Of a stretch of 35,571 nucleotides of DNA, positions 26,334 through 35,571 are shown one piece after another. The position numbers and the translations under genes are program-made. Each line of letters opens with the position of its first letter. The first letter of the stretch is position 1. This stretch comes from Vicugna vicugna. Taxonomy: Eukaryota. The stretch is from the NCBI GenBank assembly GCA_013265495.1, contig MU058366.1:124001-159571 (forward strand). The letters run 5' to 3'. The notes below the pieces were generated by a model. The model searched no databases, was not told the origin of the DNA, and worked only from the letters and a program-made list of their open reading frames with translations.

Positions 26334-27065
26334 TGCTTTTATACTTTTGTCAAGAACCAGTTGGGCAAATTTATGTGGGTCTATTTCTGGTTTGTCTATT
26401 CCATTCTACTTATCTACATGTCTATTTCTCTACCAGTACTACACAATCTTGATTACTGTAGCTATATAATAAGCCTTGAAATTGTGTAAAGAAATTTATA
26501 CGTTGATCTTGTATCCTATAGCCTTGTAAAACTCACTTATTAGTTATGGGAGTTTTTCCTATAGATTCCTTTGGATTTTCTACAAAGACAAGTATATCAT
26601 CTGCAAATCAAGACAGTTTTATCTTTTCTCCCCAATCCCTGTGCCTTTTGTTTATTTGTTTGTTTGTTTGTTTCTTTCTTTCTTTCTTTTCTTATTGTAT
26701 TGGCTAGAACTTTCAGTACTATGCTGAATAAGAGTAGTGAGAGTGGGTAACCTTGCCTTGTTCCCAGTCGTAAGGGAAAGTGCCCAGTTTTTCCCCAGTA
26801 TGTGTGATGTTAGTCATATGTCTTCCATAGATGTTCTTTAACAAGTTGAGGAAATTCCCCCTCTACTCCAAGTTTTATGAGAATTTTTATCATGAATTGG
26901 CATTGGGTTTGTCAAATGTTTCTTCTGTCTCAATTGATATAATCATATGACTTTTCTTCTTTTGCTTGTTAACACGGTAGATATCATTGAATGATTTTCA
27001 TATCCTGAATGAGCCTTGCATCTCTGGGATAAACCCAACTTGGTCATGGTGTATAATTCTTTTTA
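25660..27065 (-). mobile_element. Old L1M ORF2 fragments (with ATTG and TTTG microsatellites)
   Basis: ttttagccattctgataggt...gatgaagtccaatttatc...gtccagttgctccagcac...ctgggataaacccaacttggtcatggtgtata. Confidence 0.85.
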
Positions 27066-27247
27066 TGTGTTTGTGAATTTTACATCATTGGCTTTTCACG
27101 CACATGTATCACTGTCTCCTCGTGTTTTCTCCCTTATCCAGAAATTGGAGAAGCATTTTCTTTTCCAATTTTCTCTCTTTTCACAGAGAATAAGTTAGAT
27201 GCATGGCCAGGCGCTAAAAAAAACACTTGCTATTCAGACACTTGTAT

Positions 27248-27516
27248 AGTAAACAATTTTATGGTTACTGGGGGAAAGGGATAAATTTGGGAGTTTGAGA
27301 TTTGCAAATGTTAACCACTATATATAAAAATAGATAAAGAAACTAATTTCTTCTGTATAGCACAGGGAACTATATTCAATAACTCGTAATAACCTTTAAT
27401 GAAAAAGCACATGAAAATGAATGTATGTATGTATATGCATGACTGGGACATGATGCTGCATACCGGAAATTGACACATTGTAACTGACTGTACTTCAATT
27501 AAAAAAACATTTTTTA
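27248..27516 (+). mobile_element. Young 5'-truncated L1 3' end with about 12-bp TSD (AGACACTTGTAT 27236-27247 / AGACACATGTAT 27517-27528)
   Basis: ctgtatagcacagggaactatattcaata...gacacattgtaactgactgtacttcaattaaaaaaa. Confidence 0.85.
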
Positions 27517-27849
27517 AGACACATGTATGCCAGAGTGCAGTAGATAAAGCCTATGGAAACTCAAGAGACTACCCTTAATGATGTTTTGAAAGTGTCCGGA
27601 CCATGCTGGATAGTCACTAAGTTGCTGCACCTCATACCCCCTACCACTCAGAAAGAGGCACAGCAATCGGTGGGACTCCTTCGATTCTGTAGGCAACATA
27701 AACTACACCAAATTGTGCCAAAGCAAGGCATTCAGCAAGTAATCTGTGACATTACATGTTTCCAGTGGGACCCAGCACAAGGCACAGGCCATGTGACCAA
27801 CTGCAAGGCTACAGGGACTTCTAGAGTGTTTTTAAAAATTATTTTAAAA

Positions 27850-27962
27850 CTTAAAAAAATTTTATATTTTATTGAATTGTAGTAGATTTACAATGTTAGT
27901 TTCAGGTGTACAACAAAGCGCTTCAGTTATACATATACGTATATACATGTATTTTTTTTCAG
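27850..27962 (-). mobile_element. Short L1 3' tail fragment
   Basis: ttattgaattgtagtagatttacaatgttagtttcaggtgtacaacaaagcg.ttcagttatacatata. Confidence 0.7.
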
Positions 27963-28258
27963 ATGGATTCCTAGAGTTTTGAAGCAAATCATGCCTTTCG
28001 ATTAACAGCTTCTGGCTTGCTCTTGGGCTGTGGGCAAGGCTGAATGCCCGACCCCGTGGCACCAAGGAGCCATGTAATTTCACCTGCCCCTGATAAATTG
28101 GGTGCTAACTGATCAGGCTCTGGGAGTGGAATATTTGAGACCAGACTCAAGCAAGTCCAGAAGGCACCTTAAAGTTGCTCGAGCAGGTGACTCACATCTC
28201 TATGGCCCCTGCTGCTGCATGCCACCTTTGCCCTTGACTCACACATAGATCCTCACAA

Positions 28259-28680
28259 GTATACGGCCAAGGTCTCAGAAGGAAGCAAAGGGTAGACTCA
28301 ATTGGTTGAACTGATGAGAGTATAATAAGGCGATTTTTTTTTTACAAAGGTGGGAACAAGGTTAAAGGAATCAGCAATGAGCAGTGAGGTGCCCTGGGAC
28401 TGACATCATCGGTTGATGTGGTCCCAGCCACTGCTGCGGCCACAGCATTTTAATGGCTCTTCCCAGCTGCTGTGTTGTGAAGACAGTATAGCTGGAAAAA
28501 GCAGAAGTAGGGGGAACTGCAGGAGGCGACTGGAAAAAATCTAGGAGAGGGATAATGACGGAATGGACTACAGTGAGAGCATTGAGACCAACCCTGAGCC
28601 CCTAGTAAGGTAGCATTCCCAGGAGGGACTAGCCCACCACCTGGTGGCAGATTGAGGAAATCAGTCCACATCCATCCGGC
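28259..28680 (-). mobile_element. Possible old ERVL-class solo LTR inserted in the ERVL pol relic
   Basis: Interrupts pol homology; tttacaaaggtgggaacaagg...gccctggga resembles ancient ERVL LTRs; subfamily not assignable. Confidence 0.4.
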
Positions 28681-29565
28681 AATTTGTCCTCCCTTGAATA
28701 GGTACCTATTGTAATCCATCTTTCTGCCGACATTCCCACCCATAGACTGACGGTCTCTTATTCGCTTCCACAGTATTTCACATAATAGTCCTTCCGATCG
28801 AGGAAATCATTATAAGACAAAAGACCTGGGCCATGTGCTCTCGCGGAGGGACTGCACTAATATTACCGGGTGCCGCATGGCCTTGGAGTACTGGCCTGCT
28901 GGGATGGTGGATGGTCAGTCTATTGAAAACTCAGTTACCACACTAGTTGGGTGAAAATACACTGAGGGGGCGGTGGTATCTTACAGGGGGTAGATGCTTC
29001 GAGTTGGCTCTGGCTCTAAGGTGCTGTTTCTCCACAGCAAGGACCTCTGGGTCTAGGAATCCAGTGTGGAAGTGGGAATGAGTCCTCTCACTATCACACC
29101 TGACAATCTCCTCTCAAGGTGTTTCCTCCGCAGCCTTGAGCTCTGTTGGTTCCCAAGGGAGGAATGCTTCAACCAGGACCAGAATGCTGGTTACAGCATA
29201 TTGCAAGTTGAGACTGCTATCTGGCCATGGAGGGGTCTTTATGTCACTGAACCAACAGGCAAACCAGAGGTCTACTGAGCAGGCTTGGATGGTTGAAATG
29301 AGGTGACAGTGGGATTGGGAAGGACTGTGTCTTGAATCCAAGGGATCGTCTGGGGCACCTCCTGGTACTACCGCATACAGGCAGGACCGCTGAGGATTCA
29401 AACTCAGTGGGAATAAAGGTATGGGTCACTCATCAGGTAAAGAATTCTGACCTACTGAGGTCCTGGCTGGAAAGCAAAAGAAGGACAGGGAGGGCAGTGG
29501 AAGAAGGAAGTTGTAAAGACCATCTGTGGTCTCAAGACCAGTTACAGATGTGGGAATTGCACTAG

Positions 29566-29616
29566 CTGTGTGTGTGAGAGAGTGTGTGTGAGAGAGTGTG
29601 CGTGTGTGTGTGTGTA
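29566..29616. repeat. Compound (TG)n/(GA)n microsatellite
   Basis: tgtgtgtgtgagagagtgtgtgtgagagagtgtgcgtgtgtgtgtgtgt. Confidence 0.85.
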
Positions 29617-30029
29617 TGAGAGCAAATTCTGTTCCCTCCATTGAACCCTGACTGATTAGAAGAGAAGCAATGAACCCTACGGGACAAGAGCTGGCCAGAA
29701 GGCACCCGACGTCGCATGGGTCAGCATTCTGGGCTATGCCCCTAACTTTGGAATCAGTGCTTTTCTGGTTACAACGTATGTTCACAAAGGGAGGAGTGTG
29801 CTTAGAAGCGTTGGTAAGCAGTCATTTTTGGACCCAGCTTTTGAAGCCTGAGTATTCGGGTGATTCGGGTTCCTGGGGACTTTTCCGCCGTTTTCAGCAG
29901 AGCTTATCACTGCCTACAGGGATCTCTGGGGGAAGGGCACGAAAGAACCATTAGTTTGCAAAACAGCCGGTGGAACAGGGAAGTCACAGAGCAGTCAGGC
30001 TTTTCTTTGTCCCTAAGTATGCACATCGC

Positions 30030-30950
30030 AGGTGCGGGCTCTGGTTTTTGGTTGTCGTGACCCTGGGGCCTGGGCACTCGGCTGGTCCGGGACTGGGTCG
30101 GGGCTCCGCGGGACGGTGGCGCGCAGCGCTGGCGCCGGGACGCGGGGCTCGGGCCCCCCGGCTTAGGGGCGGGGCGCCTTCCGCAGCCCCCGGGGCCCCG
30201 CGTGGGAGCCCGGCTCCGGTTCCAGGGCTTACCTCGGGCCTCTCCTCGCGCCGGGGTGACGCCCGTCCCCTCCCGGGCGGGGGGTCGCAGCGGGCGCTCG
30301 GGGCGGCGCTGGGCGGGCGGGCGGGCGGGCGCTGGGCCCGCCCCGCCGGCATCCCCGGCCGACTTCCTCCCGCCGCGGGCGGCCGAGCAGCTGGAGGAAG
30401 CGGCGGCGGCGGCCACGATGAGCGCGGGCGATGCCGTGTGCACAGGCTGGCTGGTCAAGTCGCCCCCCGAGAGGAAGCTACAGCGCTACGTGAGTAGGGG
30501 CGCCGCCCGGCCGGCCCTCGCAGCCAGGGGCCCCTCTCTCCGCGCTCGGGGCGGCGGGCCAGGCCGGCGGACGGAAAGCGACGTAGCCCGTCGGGCCGGA
30601 ACGCCCGAGACCCGAGAGGAGCGGGCAGGCGGGGGCTGCTGGAGGCGGCGGGCGCGGCCGCGGCCGCGGAAGCGTCTCGAAATTCGAGAGCCCGGTCCCT
30701 GGCGGGGACTGGCCCCGAGTCCCACTGCCTGCGAGGGGGTCACAGCCTGGGACAGGGAGAGGGACCGCGGGACGGGGCTGTCCTGGCCGGGCGCGCCAGA
30801 GGCGCGTTCCCCTTGGACCTCGAGGAGTGTTCTTCTGGGTGGCTGTCATCTGACACGCCTGTCGGGCTGGAGCCTCATTTTCTTGTGGTGTCGCCTCAAC
30901 TTTTTCTTTCTCCGGACGCCCGACTTTTCTAGTACCGGGCGGACCCCTGG
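30030..30950. promoter_or_regulatory. GAB3: CpG island / GAB3 promoter and exon 1
   Basis: Very high GC and CpG; GGGGCGGGG box near 30166-30174; (GGGC)n run near 30311-30330. Confidence 0.9.
30418..30489 (+). CDS. GAB3: GAB3 exon 1 (start of PH domain); gene continues beyond the window
   Basis: gccacgATG; MSAGDAVCTGWLVKSPPERKLQRY; TAC|gtgagt. Confidence 0.96.
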
Positions 30951-31579
30951 ACTTGGGCTAGGATGCAACAAGGGGCGCTCGGGAGAGCACAGCTCCCTAC
31001 ACAGGTCATTCCCGTTTCAAGTGTACTAGCGACCCCCGAACAGTCATTGTCTCCATCAACGTCCTCAGGACATGGGCTTTAAAACTTAGTACAGTTGCTC
31101 AGAGCCCTTTCTCCAATGACCCGGGACAAGACTAGTGTCACTCTCTCAGGAATCTTCAGGAAGTTTTTTAGACGAATGTTCTTCTTAGCACTAGATGCCA
31201 TAGATCTATACATACCTACATTTTTCTGATTCACGACCAGTGTGCCCCCTTCATCATGCTTTTTGAGTCCTCAAGTCTAGAAACACCAGCTCCAATATTT
31301 CTCAGCCTCTGAATCACCCAGCTGCTTCGCTCATAGTGCAGCTGCTTTGAGGACTAACTGATACTCAAAGGAGGCAAAAGGAGGAAACCTGCTCCTCACG
31401 AGCTACATGGGCAGGTGAGGATTTGCCCCAGAGCAATACTGGCAAAGCCAACTTCACGTAGGTTTCCTTGTTGCCCTTTGGAATGTGAGACATTTTCAGT
31501 CTTCACTGGATATTGTCAGAGGGCGCTCACTTTTGAGCAGACCATTTAGAAACCAAGAAGGCGAGGTTTATGGCAGTTG

Positions 31580-31623
31580 TGTTTTTTGTTTTTGTTTTTG
31601 TTTTTGTTTTTGTTTTTGTTTTT
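31580..31623. repeat. (GTTTTT)n simple repeat
   Basis: About seven units. Confidence 0.85.
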
Positions 31624-32013
31624 CTAGTCTGTTTTGTATCTTGTCCCGAGCAGACTGGCTTAGGGAAACTTATTAGTATTTCATCAACTTTGTAAAGGCA
31701 TGGCTCTATATATCTATCATCTCACATGTCTCATTTTTTCGAGGTGGAGTGGAGGTGTGGCAGGCTGTGGACTTTGCACAGCTTACAGGCATGTGGCATG
31801 TGTGATGGTGGGGGCGATGACGGACACTTAGATGTCATCTTACCAACACTCCAAGACACAAACCCTGACATCCTAGCCCACGGTTGGGAACTTTTTCTAA
31901 TGAGGAGCATAGTCTTTTAAACAGTGAATGTTGATTGCTTGAAAGGCGTCCCTGGAACACACCTCCAAAAGTCAGTTTTCTTCTTTTCTCTAAGTCCTGC
32001 AGGAATCCCTTGT

Positions 32014-32030
32014 TGCCACTAGATGGCGAT
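32014..32030 (+). promoter_or_regulatory. CTCF-like motif in GAB3 intron 1
   Basis: TGCCACTAGATGGCGAT matches the CCACYAGRKGGCG core, in non-repeat DNA. Confidence 0.6.
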
Positions 32031-33303
32031 CATTTGTCATTTCAGCGGGGCAGGGACAGCGCTGTGACTCACCGCCACCTTTTAACTCGGATCCTGTGAG
32101 GAGCAGTTACTCTTTCTTCCCTTAAATTGACCACCAACTGTGAACCAGGACCCGTGTCACTGGTTAGAGCGAGAAAAAAGACCTGATCCCTGTCCTCAAG
32201 AAGTGCACAGCCTAACCTTTGTAACACAATAACATAATAGCTAGTTACTGGCACAACCAGGGCGATAACCCAGTTCTTTGTGCTGCCGGGCCAAGGAGCA
32301 GCAGTCCGTTAATGTTTGTGAAATTACAAATGGAAGCTGAGTCTGTTTTTAGGCAAGTCTTTCAGTCCCAGATGACCTGTGTTTAATCCTATTGGATCCA
32401 TGAGCCAAGGCAATCAGAAAGTTAGTTGTATCGCAGCTCTTTTAAAAGATAGTGATTCCTTTCTATTTTTTGTTTCACAAATATAGGAATATATTCTTGT
32501 AAACAGTCAAATGATCTAAATTTAAAGTTTTGTTTAAGTCCAATTTGTCAGTTTTTCTTTTCTGGATCATGATTTTACCATCATCAAATCTAAGAACTCT
32601 TGCCTAGCCCTAGACCTTGAAGACTATCTCCTATGTTTTATTTCCTGAAAATTTTACATTTTTACATTTTATATTAAGATCCGTGATTCCTTTGGGTTAA
32701 ATATTGTGAAACGTGTGAGAGTCATGTTGTGGTTCGTTTTCTTGCAAACTGATTCCATTTCTTGAATAGACTGTCTTTCCTCCACTGATTACTTTTGAAA
32801 CTTTGGTAAAAATCAATTGGTCTTATTTATCTAAGTCTATTTCTGTGTTCTGTAATCTGTTCCACAGATCTCTTTGTTCCTCTTGATGCTAATTGCTGTT
32901 TGATGACAACAATTTTATAATGATTCTTGAAATCAGGCATTTTTAAGCCCTCCCACTTTGTTTTTCTTTTCAGAGCTATTTTGGCTACTGTAGGTCGTTT
33001 GCCTCTCCACTCACTTGATTTTTGTGTGTTACCCTTGTATCCTGCAACCTTGCTAGACTCACATACTGTTTATGTTAGAACTTTCGATACTATCAGTATT
33101 GTATAGAAATGATGAGAGCAGGCATCCTGGAGTTTTGTGTTTGTTTTTTTTTTATCTTAGGGGGAAAGCATCCTTGATTTTTCCTTTCGTAAGGGAGAAA
33201 GCATTTAGTCTTTCACCTTTTACGTCTGTTAGCTGTACGCTTTGTATAGGTGCCTTTTATCAAGCTGAAGTTCCCTTGTATTACTAGTTTGCTGAGGCTT
33301 TTT

Positions 33304-33440
33304 AAAAATATTTATCTTTTAAAAATTATTTATTTACTTATTTGTTTTTTGTTGAGGAGAGGTAATTAGGGTTATTTTTTAATGTGGGTACTGGGGACTG
33401 AACCCATGCACACTACCACTGAGCTATACCCTCCCTCTCT
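33304..33440 (-). mobile_element. tRNA-derived SINE (camelid Vic-1-like) with TSD GCTGAGGCTTTT
   Basis: gtactggggactgaaccc...ctaccactgagctataccctccc; TSD at 33291-33302 and 33441-33452. Confidence 0.75.
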
Positions 33441-34056
33441 GCTGAGGCTTTTTATCATGAACTAGATTTTGTTAAATGCCTTTCTTGCATCTATAAAAAT
33501 AATAATATGCTTTTTCTTTTTTTGTCTGCTACTGTGGTGAATTACTCTGATTTATTTCTGTATTTTGAGCCAGCTCTGAGCTCCTGGGATAAACTTCACT
33601 TTGCTGTGATGTATTACCCTTTTCATGTATTGCTGGATTTAATTTGCTAATATTTTGCTGATGATTTTTGTGTCTTTGTGCATGAGAGATATTGGTCTGT
33701 AGTTTTCCATTTTTGCACTATCTTTGTCTGGTTTTGACATTACCATAATGCTGGTAACCACTACTCTTATCTCTGTATTTATGTATGTGTTTTCAATTTA
33801 TCAGTTGATTGATTTATTTATTGTATTCCACAGATGATTTGTGTTTCTTTCTCTGTCTGACTTATTTCACTTAGCATAATACCCTCTAGGTCCATTTGTG
33901 TTTTTGCAAATGGCAAGATTTCTTCTTTTTATGGCTGAGCAATATTCCATTGAATATACAGACCACATCTTTATCCATCAGTGGGCACTTAGCTTGCTTC
34001 CCTATCTTGGCTTTTGTAAGTAATGCTGCAATGAACATAGTGGTGCAGATCTCTTT

Positions 34057-34217
34057 TCTTTTTTTTAAATTTTTATTTAGTTCATTTTATATGGGGGGGC
34101 GGTATTACATCTATTCATTTATTATTAGTTTTTTTGTAAGTGGAGGTACTAGGGATTGAACCAGGACCTCTTGCATGCTAAGCATGCACTCTACCTCTGA
34201 GCTAGACTCTACCCCCA
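34057..34217 (-). mobile_element. tRNA-derived SINE (camelid Vic-1-like) with imperfect TSD CAGAT(C/A)TCTTTT
   Basis: ggaggtactagggattgaaccaggacctcttgcatgctaagcatgcactctacctctgagcta; A/B boxes on the minus strand. Confidence 0.8.
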
Positions 34218-35019
34218 CAGATATCTTTTTCTAACTAGTGTTTTCAAGTTCTTCAGTTCATATTTATATTACTATAAGGTGAGGGTATAACTTTATTTTA
34301 CAAATAGTTAATCAACTGATTCAACACCATTTGTTGAAGAGTGCTTTCTCTATACATTTTTTCCTTATATGTTGCCAGAGAGGGTGTATTTTAAGGAATA
34401 TGCACATGATTCAAAGTCAAAGCATATCAAAGTATATACAGTGAAAAGTAAGTTTCTCTTTTTCCCTTTTCCCCCAGCTACTCAGTCTCTGTCTCCAGCT
34501 GGAGATTTTCCTTCCAGATATATTGCATGCATATACAAGCGTATTTTTTGCACAAATGGTAGCGTGCTGTATTCACTATTTCATAACCCTCCTTCTTGGC
34601 AATATATTTTGTGGATTGCTCCATAGTAGCATATATAGATCTCTCTCGCTATTTTTAACAACTTCATAGTATTTTACTGTATGGAGATACTGTGATAGAG
34701 CTTTGCTTGTTTCTAGTCTCACGCCGCAGTGAGTATCTCTGTGCATTGGTCCGTGTAGTCATGAGCAAGTGTGCTTATAAGAAAATTCTTAGAAGCGGAA
34801 TTGCTGAGTCAAAGGGTGTGTGAGTGTAAAATGCCAGTAGATACTAAACTGTTGTCTTAAGAGCCAGTTTTCACTCCCAGCAACAGTGCATCAAAGTGCT
34901 GTCCCTCTGCAACCCCCAAATGCAGTGTTATCAGATGGTGTGATCTTGGCAAAGTCAGTAGTTGATAAACGGTATTTTGTTGTAATTGCATTTCTTTTTT
35001 TTCTTTTTCTTGCTCAGTC

Positions 35020-35571
35020 TTTATTTTTTTAATTGATTTATAATCATTTTACAATGTGTCAAATCAGAGTACAGCACAATTTTTCAGTTATACATGAACA
35101 TATATATTCATTGTCACATTTTTTTCTCAGTGAGCTACCATAAGATCTTGTATATATTTCCCTGTGCTATACAGCATAATCTTGTTTATCTATTCTACAT
35201 ATGCCTGTCAGTATCTACAAATTTTGAAATTGCAGTCTGTCACTTCCCACCCTCCTCCTCCTTGGCAACCACAAGTTTGTATTCTATGCTTATGAGTCTG
35301 TTTCTGTTTTGTATTTATGTTCTCTTTTATTTTTTAGATTCCACATATGAGCAATTTCATATGGTATTTTTCTTTCTCTTTCTGGCTTACTTCACTTAGA
35401 ATGACATTCTCCAGGAACATCCATGTTGCTGCAAATGGCATTATGTTGTCGGTTTTTATGGCTGAGTAGTATTCCATTGTATAAATATACTACCTCATCT
35501 TTATCCAGTCATCTGTCCATGGCCATTTAGGCTGTTTCCATGTCTTGGCTGTTGTAAATAGTGCTGCTGTG
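35020..35571 (-). mobile_element. Lineage-specific L1 3' end, runs off the window
   Basis: Similar to 25030-25475: ctggcttacttcacttagaatgacattctccagg...ggctgagtagtattccattgt. Confidence 0.85.

Larger units (their letters stand above)
27529..29560 (+). mobile_element. Second ERVL pol relic (RT thumb, RNase H, integrase, dUTPase region), interrupted by later insertions
   Basis: KLLHLIPPTTQKEAQQSVGLLRFCRQH...CFQWDPAQ; INWVL..QASPEGT; VEVGMSPLTITPDNLLSRCFL. Confidence 0.75.
32530..34990 (-). mobile_element. Mosaic of old L1M fragments
   Basis: aagtccaatttgtca...cttagggggaaagca...ctggatttaatttgctaatatttt...ttatttcacttagcataat...ggaattgctgagtcaaagggt. Confidence 0.8.

Noticed and set aside
27553..27882. 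109-aa ATG ORF with reverse-transcriptase similarity
   Set aside because: Degenerate ERVL RT thumb fragment running into an L1 tail; not a functional RT
30202..31029. 275-aa ORF spanning GAB3 exon 1 (possible N-terminal extension or novel protein)
   Set aside because: GTG start in a stop-poor CpG island; only 24 codons match GAB3 and they end at a strong GTGAGT donor; the rest is Arg/Gly/Ala/Pro-rich compositional artefact
33370..34217. tRNA-like A/B box sequences
   Set aside because: SINE heads with tails and TSDs, not tRNA genes

Overview
Mammalian X-chromosome (Xq28-syntenic) MPP1-DKC1-GAB3 locus, most likely from a camelid, judging by the SINE and L1 3' end styles. The window holds four main parts. 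(1) The last three coding exons of MPP1 (+). (2) The complete 15-exon DKC1/dyskerin gene (-; 1533-nt CDS, 510 aa, all GT-AG), converging on MPP1 and hosting SNORA36/miR-664-type and SNORA56 H/ACA snoRNAs in introns 8 and 12. (3) A repeat-rich 16.7-kb divergent intergenic region with a full-length two-LTR, non-autonomous ERV1 provirus (15950-23479, -, 4-bp TSD) nested in older ERVL pol relics. (4) GAB3 exon 1 (+) in a CpG island, followed by L1/SINE-rich intron 1. The most interesting unexplained signals are a candidate third H/ACA-like RNA in DKC1 intron 3, a triple-hairpin DKC1 intron 6, non-canonical H boxes in both known snoRNAs, and an in-frame 'mini-env' relic in the provirus, which points at the DKC1 promoter. 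No clearly new biological system can be proven from sequence alone. Repeat family names and human comparisons are from memory, not from searches.
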